Virus record (IMG/VR): IMGVR_UViG_3300028630_000004
Span: 1-35,909 of that record
Source: a virus
Strand: one strand, 5' to 3'
DNA: 35,909 bases
The notes beneath the pieces are model-generated. The model worked only from the letters and a program-made list of their open reading frames with translations. It had not been told where the DNA came from and did no database searches. Below, piece by piece: positions 9,201 to 15,700 of this stretch. The stretch's first letter is position 1; every line of letters starts with the position of its first letter. The position numbers and the translations under genes are program-made.

Positions 9201-9946
9201 CGCTCGGGCTCCCCGTCATCGAGATCCCGCCGTATGATCCGACCCTCGCGGGCGCGGTGAAGTACGCGGAGGACATGAGCGACGTAGCCAACGCCGTGGT
9301 GGTCCGCTACCACCTCGGCACCGGCGCGACCCCCGACGAGATCCTCGAAACGACGGACTGGATCGCGGACCGCAACGGGCTCGAGCACTGGATCGAGCAC
9401 GTCGAGACGGTCGAGGCGCCCATATCCACGGCGACAGCGGAGGCGCTCCGGGACGCCCTGCTCGCCTACTTCGCCGAGGACTGGGGCACGGTGACGGCGA
9501 AGTTCATCCGGCGCACGGACCTGCAACTGTTCCAGCGGCTCTGGTTCCGCGGCCACGACCAGATCCCCGAGTACGAGGACGACGGAACGACGCCGGTGCT
9601 CTTCCGCATCGTCGATATTTCGTACTCCGTCGGGCTCGCGAAGTGCGACGTTGCGATCACCGCCGTGCCGGCGCGGAAGTTTTCAATCGAACGACAGATC
9701 GCCCGGACGAGGGCCCCCGACCCGGCGACGGAGATCGAGGCCATCGCGCGGAGTGTCCTCAAGACCCTGCCGCCGGCCCTCACCGGCACGGCCGGGTCGG
9801 TCGTCGGGACGGGCTCGGTCGCGGTCGCCCTCGACCGCGGCGGCACCATCACGGCCCGGGGCGTGGCGGCGTCCGGCTCGCGGGTGGTCTGCACCTGGGC
9901 CGAAGGGATCGGCTACGTCGCCAGCGTGATCGCGGCGGCCGTCTGA
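6203..9946 (+). CDS. Giant multidomain tail fibre / receptor-binding protein: 2 x CBM4/9-like, DUF2341-like, LamG-like, tail-tip-like core, CBM6-like
   Basis: Two tandem ~150-aa domains (WPAYEATV..TDYTLSVYL..YACLHA..AWAYFDL..FRCSF..CWSDEYAGD). Then DFRDLRFRDEGM...LSVLYGNGAA (DUF2341-like), a LamG-like block, and EAEDYDAGGEGVGYHD...GWIRDGEWLQYTV...YVARFRTA (CBM6-like). Confidence 0.8.
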   Translation: MARETYFQWPYSLEYAVDSPPTVNLLHGSPLSEWPAYEATVTPDALAAPGGDVSADLILETTATSSHFLDKPVAVLPNTDYTLSVYLHAQDRTYACLHALGDETTAWAYFDLAVGGWGAASGVDATCVSDEGDGWFRCSFTFNSGADTLIGVGVAPSVAGSSCWSDEYAGDAAKGIYATLPQLEPVNLLCAATEVSAWAPRAATLGAGGLIRETVAHSLHVAERRVGVSPYTGHALSVVVEARGRTHACLSAFGDMTAAWAFFDLSAGTVGESGGVTAPACVALGGGRYRCSFAFTTAGDTAVYVGIAPATGPACLDDTYAGDPARGIAASAPTLRPATVPTDAIPCYVVPFTVAWKPGMRQDFRDLRFRDEGMEPCTHRLESYTAGTTATFLIEIRPGQERLSVLYGNGAAVSASDDTFCPVLDAFSGAAVDTAIWTDLGGTAVSGGTLTITGGFGEFGVSSIAALGIGTELRARLTYTPGSASYTEIGYGGYGSDYALLVYGTTLATYTRNDAMGESTALALPAGYHTLAIRRASASAVVFLIDGVAVATHDEQIPDAAVPIHIVSTYNIGASMALDWITVRPCLAIEPTITYTGADCNPWSPLVNRPAALFDVPFDWSDFDAVKERALVSYTVRRSASDVMYSADVTIHDLVPQGTNFTRVKLVEPDHNGVDRLIFFGFLPAQTSTIQAAKNSTNYKGWDYGYYIASAYMPISWCTLPSTTASPGQWIYDRMSYPTHWTDIADPSRDLFDLSNVDVDAPAAWGTDALPVRDIVCPTTSSHMAVYQAVAARLGCIFYPRWIDVGKTPTIGHQDPAYRIIRKEAEDYDAGGEGVGYHDTTAANLGGAYRKDGVDIEYFASEAGYNVGWIRDGEWLQYTVNFPVADTYVARFRTASAAATGARSFKVYLDGALVDTISVDGTGSYSTFDWNTDTCDVVIGTAGNHTIKLLFDNAGDDVADLLHMNLAAMEFTPTPEDTGTTPPTTVPALYWCDEADLDTALGLPVIEIPPYDPTLAGAVKYAEDMSDVANAVVVRYHLGTGATPDEILETTDWIADRNGLEHWIEHVETVEAPISTATAEALRDALLAYFAEDWGTVTAKFIRRTDLQLFQRLWFRGHDQIPEYEDDGTTPVLFRIVDISYSVGLAKCDVAITAVPARKFSIERQIARTRAPDPATEIEAIARSVLKTLPPALTGTAGSVVGTGSVAVALDRGGTITARGVAASGSRVVCTWAEGIGYVASVIAAAV

Positions 9947-10073
9947 CCCCCTTTTCTTTCGCGAACGCTTCCGCTTAATTTATATTCTGTACAACTAAAA
10001 GTTAAATTAGAAACTATTAAATATTAACACGGCGTATTAATTATTAGTAAAAAACGGAGGTAAAACAAAACCC
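9947..10073 (+). promoter_or_regulatory. AT-rich intergenic region: T-rich terminator-like tract followed by several TATA-like boxes and an SD for the early block
   Basis: cccccttttctttc follows the fibre stop. TATA-like motifs are ttaatttatatt, ctattaaatattaac and gtattaattattag. GGAGG sits at 10056-10060, 13 nt before ATG 10074. Confidence 0.5.
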
Positions 10074-10223
10074 ATGAAACGGTTTAATTTTGCGCTGCCG
10101 GACGACCTGTATGATGCGGTCCTGGTGGCGGTCGAATCAGACGACGAAGAGAACGTCTCGCGGTTCCTGCGGGCCGCGGTCCGGGCCGAACTCGCCCGGC
10201 GGAAGAAGGGGAAGAAAGCATGA
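10074..10223 (+). CDS. Ribbon-helix-helix (CopG/MetJ-type) DNA-binding protein
   Basis: 49 aa: MKRFNFALPDDLYDAVLVAVESDDEENVSRFLRAAVRAELARRKK. This is a typical RHH beta-strand plus two helices, with a strong SD. It is too short for the ORF track. Confidence 0.6.
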   Translation: MKRFNFALPDDLYDAVLVAVESDDEENVSRFLRAAVRAELARRKKGKKA

Positions 10224-10384
10224 CAAAAAACGAGGTTGGAGGCGTCTCCGCTGGCTGCACGCTGGGAGAGATCGCCGCTATACTATGTGCCGAAGAACTT
10301 GAAGGTTTTTCCGGCGCGGAACTGCTCTACCGGACCATCGCCAACACGCCCGCGAACGAGCGCCGGCTCCGGGGGATGGCATGA
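10220..10384 (+). CDS. Hypothetical small protein (54 aa)
   Basis: ATGA overlaps at both ends keep it in the coupled gene chain. No motif recognised. Confidence 0.35.
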   Translation: MTKNEVGGVSAGCTLGEIAAILCAEELEGFSGAELLYRTIANTPANERRLRGMA

Positions 10385-10758
10385 GCGGCCGCTGGGAACA
10401 AATCGGGGCTGCGCGGTTTTTTGGCGGGGCAATCCGCATCGCCGTCGGGCTCGACCAGTTCGTCATCACGGCCGAAGATGCGCCGGCCCTGATCATGGAG
10501 GGCGGGGACTGCGACGTCTGGCAGGTGCCGGTCGGCGACTCGGCCCCGTTCGTCGTCGGTCGCGCGGGATGGAGCAGCGAAGGCCGGATGCTGGTGCTCT
10601 CCCTGCCCGAGAAGTGCGGCGTCTGCTACATGGTGGGCGGCCAGGTCGTGAACCACTACATCGGCCGGGACAAGCGCCCGTGCGCCGTCATCGCGCCGCC
10701 CGCACCTGAGCCGATGGCCCGCGCCGACCTCGACGCATTGACCGCGAGGGCCGTATGA
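10381..10758 (+). CDS. Hypothetical protein
   Basis: 125-aa ORF in the coupled chain. Its C-terminal codons contain one copy of a 29-nt exact repeat. Confidence 0.45.
   Translation: MSGRWEQIGAARFFGGAIRIAVGLDQFVITAEDAPALIMEGGDCDVWQVPVGDSAPFVVGRAGWSSEGRMLVLSLPEKCGVCYMVGGQVVNHYIGRDKRPCAVIAPPAPEPMARADLDALTARAV
10716..10744 (+). repeat. 29-nt exact direct repeat (partner at 26209-26237)
   Basis: ggcccgcgccgacctcgacgcattgaccg was read at both sites. Both copies encode ARADLDALT in frame. Confidence 0.9.
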
Positions 10759-10952
10759 GCGAGTTCCCGCCGGGATGGGACCGCGCCCGCGCCGCCTACG
10801 AGAACGACGCGAACGACTACGTCCCGCGCGTCTGCCGGCACTGCGACCGCTGCGGCGAGGACTGCGGCCACGACCCGACCGACTGCGCGGCCGACGCCGC
10901 CGAACGCGAGGCGGAAGACCGCTGGGAAGCGCGGAGGGACCGCTATGACTGA
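10755..10952 (+). CDS. Cys-rich small protein
   Basis: ATGA overlap; CRHCDRCGEDCGHDPTDC cluster. Confidence 0.4.
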   Translation: MSEFPPGWDRARAAYENDANDYVPRVCRHCDRCGEDCGHDPTDCAADAAEREAEDRWEARRDRYD

Positions 10953-11400
10953 GTCGCACCCGCTCGCCCTGCATCCCCTTGCAATGGAGATGATCGCCGA
11001 GCCGGAGACGGACGCGCTCACGCTCGCATGGCGCACCGAACAGGAGATCGTTCGCCTGAAGCGACGGGTCGCCAAGCTCGAGGAGGAGCGGCTCGCCTAC
11101 ATCGACGAGGCCCGCGAGGCCGGCCGGACAGAGGTTGACCTCGGCCACGGGATCGTCCGGCTCGTCGTCTCGCCCGGCGCGCGGACCCGTGTCCTCGACG
11201 TGGAGCGGTTCAAGGCCGAGTACCCGAAGGCGTTCCGCAAGGTCGCCACCTACTCGGTCAAGCTGCCTGACGCGGAGCGGGAGATCGGAAAGGCCGCGGT
11301 GCACAGCCTCTGTGACATCCGCGAGGGCTCGGAGCGCGTGAAGCTCGACTTCGAGGCGACCTTCGACCCGCTCGCGCCCCGCGAGGAGACGGACGCATGA
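10945..11400 (+). CDS. Siphovirus Gp157-like protein
   Basis: N-terminal coiled coil (RLKRRVAKLEEERLAYIDEAREAG), then VDLGHGIVRLVVSPGARTRVLDVERFKAEYPKAFRKVATYSVKLPDAEREIGK. This fits the Gp157-family layout. Confidence 0.45.
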   Translation: MTESHPLALHPLAMEMIAEPETDALTLAWRTEQEIVRLKRRVAKLEEERLAYIDEAREAGRTEVDLGHGIVRLVVSPGARTRVLDVERFKAEYPKAFRKVATYSVKLPDAEREIGKAAVHSLCDIREGSERVKLDFEATFDPLAPREETDA

Positions 11401-11552
11401 ACCCGACCGACACCAGGACCGCGACGCGGCAGACCTGCCCGCGATGCGGGATCCGGCTCGTCGTCGATGCTGAGGTCGGGCTCTGCCTGATCTGCCTCGA
11501 CAAGACCATGCTCGCGCGGCAGACGGTCCTCTCGCAGGGGCGGTTGTCATGA
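11397..11552 (+). CDS. Zn-ribbon small protein (51 aa)
   Basis: CPRC...CLIC pairs; ATGA overlaps at both ends. Confidence 0.4.
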   Translation: MNPTDTRTATRQTCPRCGIRLVVDAEVGLCLICLDKTMLARQTVLSQGRLS

Positions 11553-11911
11553 TCGCCCGCACGACCGCCGGCACCGTCCGGGTTGGCCGCGGTGCGCTCG
11601 CCGGCTGTCTCCTGCTCCAGACCCCCGAGCGGTCGGCCGCGATCCGGCTCGACGACTACCACGACCTGATCGCCGGCCTGATGCACAGACCGATCGACGT
11701 GGTGGCCGCCCTGTACGACCGGATCGGCCGCGCGACGGTCAGCGGCGACGCGCTCCATGTCGAGCTCGCCGGGTGCCACTACCACGCCTGGTGCTCCGAC
11801 CTCGCCGCGCTCCTCGAAGGCCGGCGGGACTCGGTCGCGCTCGGCTTGCTGACGCCTGAATATTCGACCTCCGCCCCGGCGACGGGTAACGCCGGCCCCC
11901 TCCACGCATGA
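11549..11911 (+). CDS. Hypothetical protein
   Basis: 120-aa ORF in the coupled chain. Confidence 0.4.
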   Translation: MIARTTAGTVRVGRGALAGCLLLQTPERSAAIRLDDYHDLIAGLMHRPIDVVAALYDRIGRATVSGDALHVELAGCHYHAWCSDLAALLEGRRDSVALGLLTPEYSTSAPATGNAGPLHA

Positions 11912-12852
11912 CCGGCCTGACGCACCTCTCCCTCTTCACGGGGATCGGGGGCATCGACCTCGCGGCCGAAGCGGCCGGCTTTGAAACTATTGCACAGGTG
12001 GAACGTGACAACTACTGCCGAAGAGTCCTGGCCAAACACTGGCCGGGAGTACCGCGATTCGACGACGTCCGGGACGTTACAGCAGACGCTCTTCGGGACG
12101 CCGGCATCGGACGCCCGACCCTCGTCTCCGGCGGCTTTCCCTGCCAGCCGTTCTCCTGCGCCGGGAAGCGACGAGGCGCTGCGGACGACCGTTTCCTCTG
12201 GCTTGAGATGTGCCGGATCGTGTCGGAGTGCCGGCCGGCTTGGGTGCTTGGAGAGAACGTTGCTGGGTTCGTCGGCATGGCGCTCGACGATTGCGCTGCT
12301 GACCTGGAGCGTCTCGGCTACGCCGTCCGGGCGTTCGTTGTTCCGGCTGCGGGCGTCGGTGCCCCCCACCAGCGCGCCCGGTGCTTCATTGTGGTCAACA
12401 CCGCAGGTCGTGATGCCGGACCACTCGGAGACGAGGCACCTGGACGAGACGGGGCGAACGGTCAACGCGAAGGGCGACGACTACGGGATGAACCTCGTGG
12501 AAGCCGTACGGATGTGGCCGACGCCGACCGGGACCGGGAACAACAACCGCAAGGGCCTCTCGGAGCGATCGGGCGACGGCCTCGCGACGGCGGTGCATCT
12601 CTGGCCGACGCCGACGAGCCGCGACCACAAGGACACGGGCGACTGTGCGAACGTCCCGGTAAACTGCCTTCTTGGGCGGGCAGTCGGGCCGACGAAGACG
12701 AATGGCTCGCTCGCGCCGGAGTTTGTCGAGTATCTCATGGGGTTCCCAATCGGGTACACCGACTGCGAGCCCTCGGGAACGCCGTCGTCCCGGCGCAAGT
12801 CTACCCGTTCGTCCAGGCCATCGCCGACATCGAGCGAGGGGTGATCGCGTGA
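11908..12852 (+). CDS. DNA (cytosine-5) methyltransferase; the annotated frame stays open, but the target-recognition domain (about 12395-12763) is only recognisable in the +1 frame
   Basis: The annotated frame has motif I LFTGIGG, motif IV GGFPCQPFS, ENV, HQRARCFIV and a C-terminal LGNAVVP. The +1 frame has WSTP.., MWPTPTG.., LWPTPTSRDHKD.., LAPEFVEYLMGFPIGYT. Confidence 0.8.
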   Translation: MTGLTHLSLFTGIGGIDLAAEAAGFETIAQVERDNYCRRVLAKHWPGVPRFDDVRDVTADALRDAGIGRPTLVSGGFPCQPFSCAGKRRGAADDRFLWLEMCRIVSECRPAWVLGENVAGFVGMALDDCAADLERLGYAVRAFVVPAAGVGAPHQRARCFIVVNTAGRDAGPLGDEAPGRDGANGQREGRRLRDEPRGSRTDVADADRDREQQPQGPLGAIGRRPRDGGASLADADEPRPQGHGRLCERPGKLPSWAGSRADEDEWLARAGVCRVSHGVPNRVHRLRALGNAVVPAQVYPFVQAIADIERGVIA

Positions 12853-13592
12853 CCGACACCCTCTCGACCGGCTGGGCCGACGTGGAAGCGGCGATCCTGG
12901 CCGACTCGGCCGCGGGGCTCAGCATCCCGAAGATCGTCGACCCGAACGGCGATGACCCGGTGGCCCGCGCGACCGTCTGGCGGAACGACATGACGCACCC
13001 GATCGTGGCGGAAGTCTACTGGTCCGAGTACGGCAAGGACGCGAAGAACCCCTTGTGGCGGACGAAGCCCCGGACCATGCTCCGCAAGACGGCCGAAGTC
13101 CACGCGCTCCGCCGGGCGTTCGCGCTCTCGGGACTCTACACCGAAGATGAGATGGACCACGTGCCGAGGGAGATCCCCGACACGTCCCGGCCCGTATCGA
13201 CGATTGCCGAACCCAAGCCGGCCCCAGGCCCGGACGCTGGCCCCGTCCTCCGGTGCGATGTCTGCGGGCGCGGCAACGACGAATACCCCGCGCTGCCGAT
13301 CCGCGAGCGCGACGGACAGATGATCTGCGGCCCGTGCCAGCGGAAGGCGGAGAAGGAAATGCACGTCCCCTCTCCCGCCGAGCCGGCACCCGCCCCCGTC
13401 AAAGCCGTGCCGAAGCCCGCCGCGAAGGTGCCGGCCCCGTCGGGTGAGGCCGTCGCCGTCTGCGAAGAGTGCGGTACCCCGGTGACGGACGCGCAGCGGA
13501 GGACGTCGCGGCTCTTCGTCTCGAGGTGCCTCTGCTCGAAGTGCATCGACGCCGTGAACGCGCCGCAGCCCGGTGAGGTGGGGCCGGCATGA
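12849..13592 (+). CDS. Chimeric protein: duplicated 29-aa leader, then the C-terminal half of a Bet/RecT-type annealase, then two CxxC...CxxC Zn-ribbons
   Basis: GTGA overlap. ATVWRNDMTHPIVAEVYWSEY...NPLWRTKPRTMLRKTAEVHALRRAFALSGLYTEDEMDHV aligns with lambda Bet CRIYRKDRNHPICVTEWMDE...GPWQSHPKRMLRHKAMIQCARLAFGFAGIYDKDEAERI. The N-terminal ~115 aa of Bet are absent. Confidence 0.6.
   Translation: MTDTLSTGWADVEAAILADSAAGLSIPKIVDPNGDDPVARATVWRNDMTHPIVAEVYWSEYGKDAKNPLWRTKPRTMLRKTAEVHALRRAFALSGLYTEDEMDHVPREIPDTSRPVSTIAEPKPAPGPDAGPVLRCDVCGRGNDEYPALPIRERDGQMICGPCQRKAEKEMHVPSPAEPAPAPVKAVPKPAAKVPAPSGEAVAVCEECGTPVTDAQRRTSRLFVSRCLCSKCIDAVNAPQPGEVGPA
12850..12936 (+). repeat. ~87-nt direct repeat (partner at 14980-15066), about 85% identical with a 37-nt exact core
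   Basis: cgacaccctctcgaccggctgggccgacgtggaagcg is identical in both copies. Both encode (M/V)(S/T)DTLSTGWADVEA(A/S)ILADS. Confidence 0.9.
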
Positions 13593-13888
13593 GCGTCATC
13601 GAACTCAAATTTTCGCCCGAGATGGCATATGCCGCGATCGCCGGGCGGAAGTGCTGCACGACACGAGACGAGATCAAAGGCCGGGCGGGCGACGAGTTCG
13701 AGATCGGCGGTATGCCGTTCCGCGTGCTCGGCGTTCTGGCCATGCGGGCGGGCGACATCGCCCGAGAGTTGCACGGCCCGGAGGGGTTCGATGATGTCGC
13801 GTCGTGCTCGGCGGCGCTCCAGACGATCTACCCCGAAGTTGCCGAAGGGGATTTTCTCTTCGTTCACTTCTTCGCGAGGTGCCCATGA
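13589..13888 (+). CDS. ASCH (PUA-like) domain protein
   Basis: IELKFSPEMAYAAIAGRKCCTTR..GD.F.I....FRVLGV fits the ASCH signature; ATGA overlap. Confidence 0.6.
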   Translation: MSVIELKFSPEMAYAAIAGRKCCTTRDEIKGRAGDEFEIGGMPFRVLGVLAMRAGDIARELHGPEGFDDVASCSAALQTIYPEVAEGDFLFVHFFARCP

Positions 13889-14025
13889 GCGACGCCGAGA
13901 AGTGCCCGAAGCTGTCGGTAATGCCCGACGGGAACGGGCGGTTTTGCTCGGCACGCTGCACGATCCTCTCGGCGCGCGGATGCCCGGACGACTGCGAACA
14001 CCGCGTGCCGGCGAGGCGGACATGA
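13885..14025 (+). CDS. Cys-rich small protein (46 aa)
   Basis: ATGA overlaps at both ends; six Cys. Confidence 0.35.
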   Translation: MSDAEKCPKLSVMPDGNGRFCSARCTILSARGCPDDCEHRVPARRT

Positions 14026-14171
14026 GTCTCTGTGCACTCTGCATCCACGGCCTATACTCGTGGGGCAACTGGTACTGCACCAGTGACGGGGGGCTGGACC
14101 CGATGACACACGAATATGTCCACGGGCTCGAATCGTGCAAGGATCGCAAACTACCCGAGGTCGACGTATGA
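14022..14171 (+). CDS. Cys-rich small protein (49 aa)
   Basis: ATGA overlap; CALC..C..C pattern. Confidence 0.35.
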   Translation: MSLCALCIHGLYSWGNWYCTSDGGLDPMTHEYVHGLESCKDRKLPEVDV

Positions 14172-14263
14172 GCCCCGGGGAACTCGGCGTGGCCGCGATG
14201 ATGGTCGTGATCGTCTTCGGCGTGCTCGGGCTGCTGCTCGTCGGGTGGAGGATGCGCGGATGA
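14168..14263 (+). CDS. Single-pass membrane peptide (31 aa)
   Basis: MSPGELGVAAMMVVIVFGVLGLLLVGWRMRG; ATGA overlaps at both ends. Confidence 0.3.
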   Translation: MSPGELGVAAMMVVIVFGVLGLLLVGWRMRG

Positions 14264-14574
14264 CGAAGAAGGGGCAAACCCCGGAACACCGCGCCAAGAT
14301 CAGTGCGAGCATTAAAGCGAAATGGCAGGACCCCGAATACCGCGCCATGTTGAGCGCCGCCGCGGCGGCAAGTTGGCAGAACCCCGAAACACGGGCGCGG
14401 CGAATTGCCGCGATGACGGGCAATATCAACGCCAGCCTCCCGGTCGAGGAAGACGCGCGGATCTACGACATGTTTGTATCCGGGGTGTCGCGTGCAGAGA
14501 TCGCCCGCACGACGGGGCATACTATGAAAACAGTAATGTCCGCGATCGCGCGGGTGGGGGCGGTCGACGCATGA
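14260..14574 (+). CDS. DNA-binding protein: W-x-(D/N)PE(Y/T)R repeats plus a C-terminal helix-turn-helix
   Basis: KWQDPEYRAMLS..SWQNPETRARR, then ARIYDMFVSGVSRAEIARTTGHTMKTVMSAIARVG (HTH). Confidence 0.5.
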   Translation: MTKKGQTPEHRAKISASIKAKWQDPEYRAMLSAAAAASWQNPETRARRIAAMTGNINASLPVEEDARIYDMFVSGVSRAEIARTTGHTMKTVMSAIARVGAVDA

Positions 14575-14696
14575 TCGGCGCCCTCTTTTCGTCCGTCGTC
14601 GGCGCGTCCGTCGTCCTGGTCGGGCTCGCGGCGGTGCACCTGCGACTGTTCCCGCCGAAGCTCGGACACCTCGCGCGGATGGGGTGGTCGCCGTGA
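14571..14696 (+). CDS. Small membrane peptide (41 aa)
   Basis: MIGALFSSVVGASVVLVGLAAV...; ATGA overlap. Confidence 0.3.
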   Translation: MIGALFSSVVGASVVLVGLAAVHLRLFPPKLGHLARMGWSP

Positions 14697-14866
14697 TCCC
14701 CGGTCGCGTCATCTCGACGCAGACGCCCTGCGGCATCATCGTGCGGTCCTCAGACGGCGTGGTCGACCTCTGCCTCCACTGCTCGATGGACTGCCCTGCC
14801 AGCGGCCACGACGGCCGGACCTGCACGGGCGGGTGCGAGCCCTGCACCTGTGGGGGGCACGAATGA
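14693..14866 (+). CDS. Cys-rich small protein
   Basis: A GTGA overlap start is preferred over GTG 14684. Cluster: CLHCSMDC..C.GGCEPCTCG. Confidence 0.35.
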   Translation: MIPGRVISTQTPCGIIVRSSDGVVDLCLHCSMDCPASGHDGRTCTGGCEPCTCGGHE

Positions 14867-14982
14867 GCGACGAATGGCGATCGGCGCTCGCGCAGGTGAT
14901 GGCGTGTGACCGGGAGTTCTGTGTTGTCTGCGCGTGCCCACTCGACGCGACCGGATGGATTGACACATTGGGGGAAGAATGA
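14863..14982 (+). CDS. Small Cys-containing protein (39 aa)
   Basis: ATGA overlaps at both ends. Confidence 0.3.
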   Translation: MSDEWRSALAQVMACDREFCVVCACPLDATGWIDTLGEE

Positions 14983-15302
14983 GCGACACCCTCTCGACCG
15001 GCTGGGCCGACGTGGAAGCGTCGATCCTGGCCGACTCAACGGCGGGCTACACGATCCCGGAGATCGCGGCCCGGTGCGGCTGGGGCCGGCAGGCGGTCGC
15101 CGGCGTCCTCGCGCGCCACGGCCGGCACTCGAAAGTCCCGTCGACGTATGTGCCGTGGACGGACGAGGAGCGGGCCGTCATTCTCGCGGCGACCTCCTAC
15201 ACGGACGCCCACCGCGCCTACCATGCCGCGTTCCCCCACTCGAAGCGAGGGCAGCACGCGGCGGGGGCGATGTATTACTATCTGCGGAGGCGGAAGGCAT
15301 GA
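14979..15302 (+). CDS. HTH / Myb-SANT-like DNA-binding protein; source of the leader duplicated at 12849
   Basis: TIPEIAARCGWGRQAVAGVLARHG (HTH), then WTDEERAVILAA (SANT-like). Confidence 0.5.
   Translation: MSDTLSTGWADVEASILADSTAGYTIPEIAARCGWGRQAVAGVLARHGRHSKVPSTYVPWTDEERAVILAATSYTDAHRAYHAAFPHSKRGQHAAGAMYYYLRRRKA
14980..15066 (+). repeat. Partner of the 12850-12936 direct repeat
   Basis: See 12850-12936. Confidence 0.9.
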
Positions 15303-15700
15303 CGGCCCTCTCTCCACTCGTGCTGAACCCGGACGGGTCGTCACGGGTGCTCCCGCTGATGGCCGTGCTCGAACACCTCAATGGGGGCGAGAGCCTGACC
15401 GGCGAGACGCGACAGGACCGGATCAACGCGCAGCGGCGGAAGCGGTACGCAACCGACGCGGAATACCGGGAGGCGCGGAAAACCACCGACCGCGAGAGGT
15501 ACGCGAACGACCCCGAATACCGCGAACGGCGACGGGCGCGAGACCGCGAGAGGTACGCGAACGACCCCGAATACCGCGAACGGCTACGCGCCCGCCACCG
15601 GTGGCGGTACGCGAACGATCCCGAATACCGCGAACGGCGGCGGGCGAGCCGGGTGGCGGCGTACTACAAGGCGAAGGCGGAAGGGCGTGAGCCGCTATGA
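15299..15700 (+). CDS. Arg/Glu-rich protein with tandem RERYANDPEYRERRRA repeats
   Basis: ATGA overlap. Three 18-aa repeats plus one degenerate copy. Confidence 0.5.
   Translation: MTALSPLVLNPDGSSRVLPLMAVLEHLNGGESLTGETRQDRINAQRRKRYATDAEYREARKTTDRERYANDPEYRERRRARDRERYANDPEYRERLRARHRWRYANDPEYRERRRASRVAAYYKAKAEGREPL
15437..15652 (+). repeat. 54-nt tandem repeat: one degenerate copy (15437) plus three clear copies starting at 15491, 15545 and 15599
   Basis: cgcgagaggtacgcgaacgaccccgaataccgcgaacgg recurs with a 54-nt period. Confidence 0.85.

Noticed and set aside
10074-10384. RHH antitoxin plus a downstream toxin (a TA pair)
   Set aside because: The 54-aa downstream product shows no toxin-like motif. 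Being the first gene after the early promoter fits a transcriptional regulator better.
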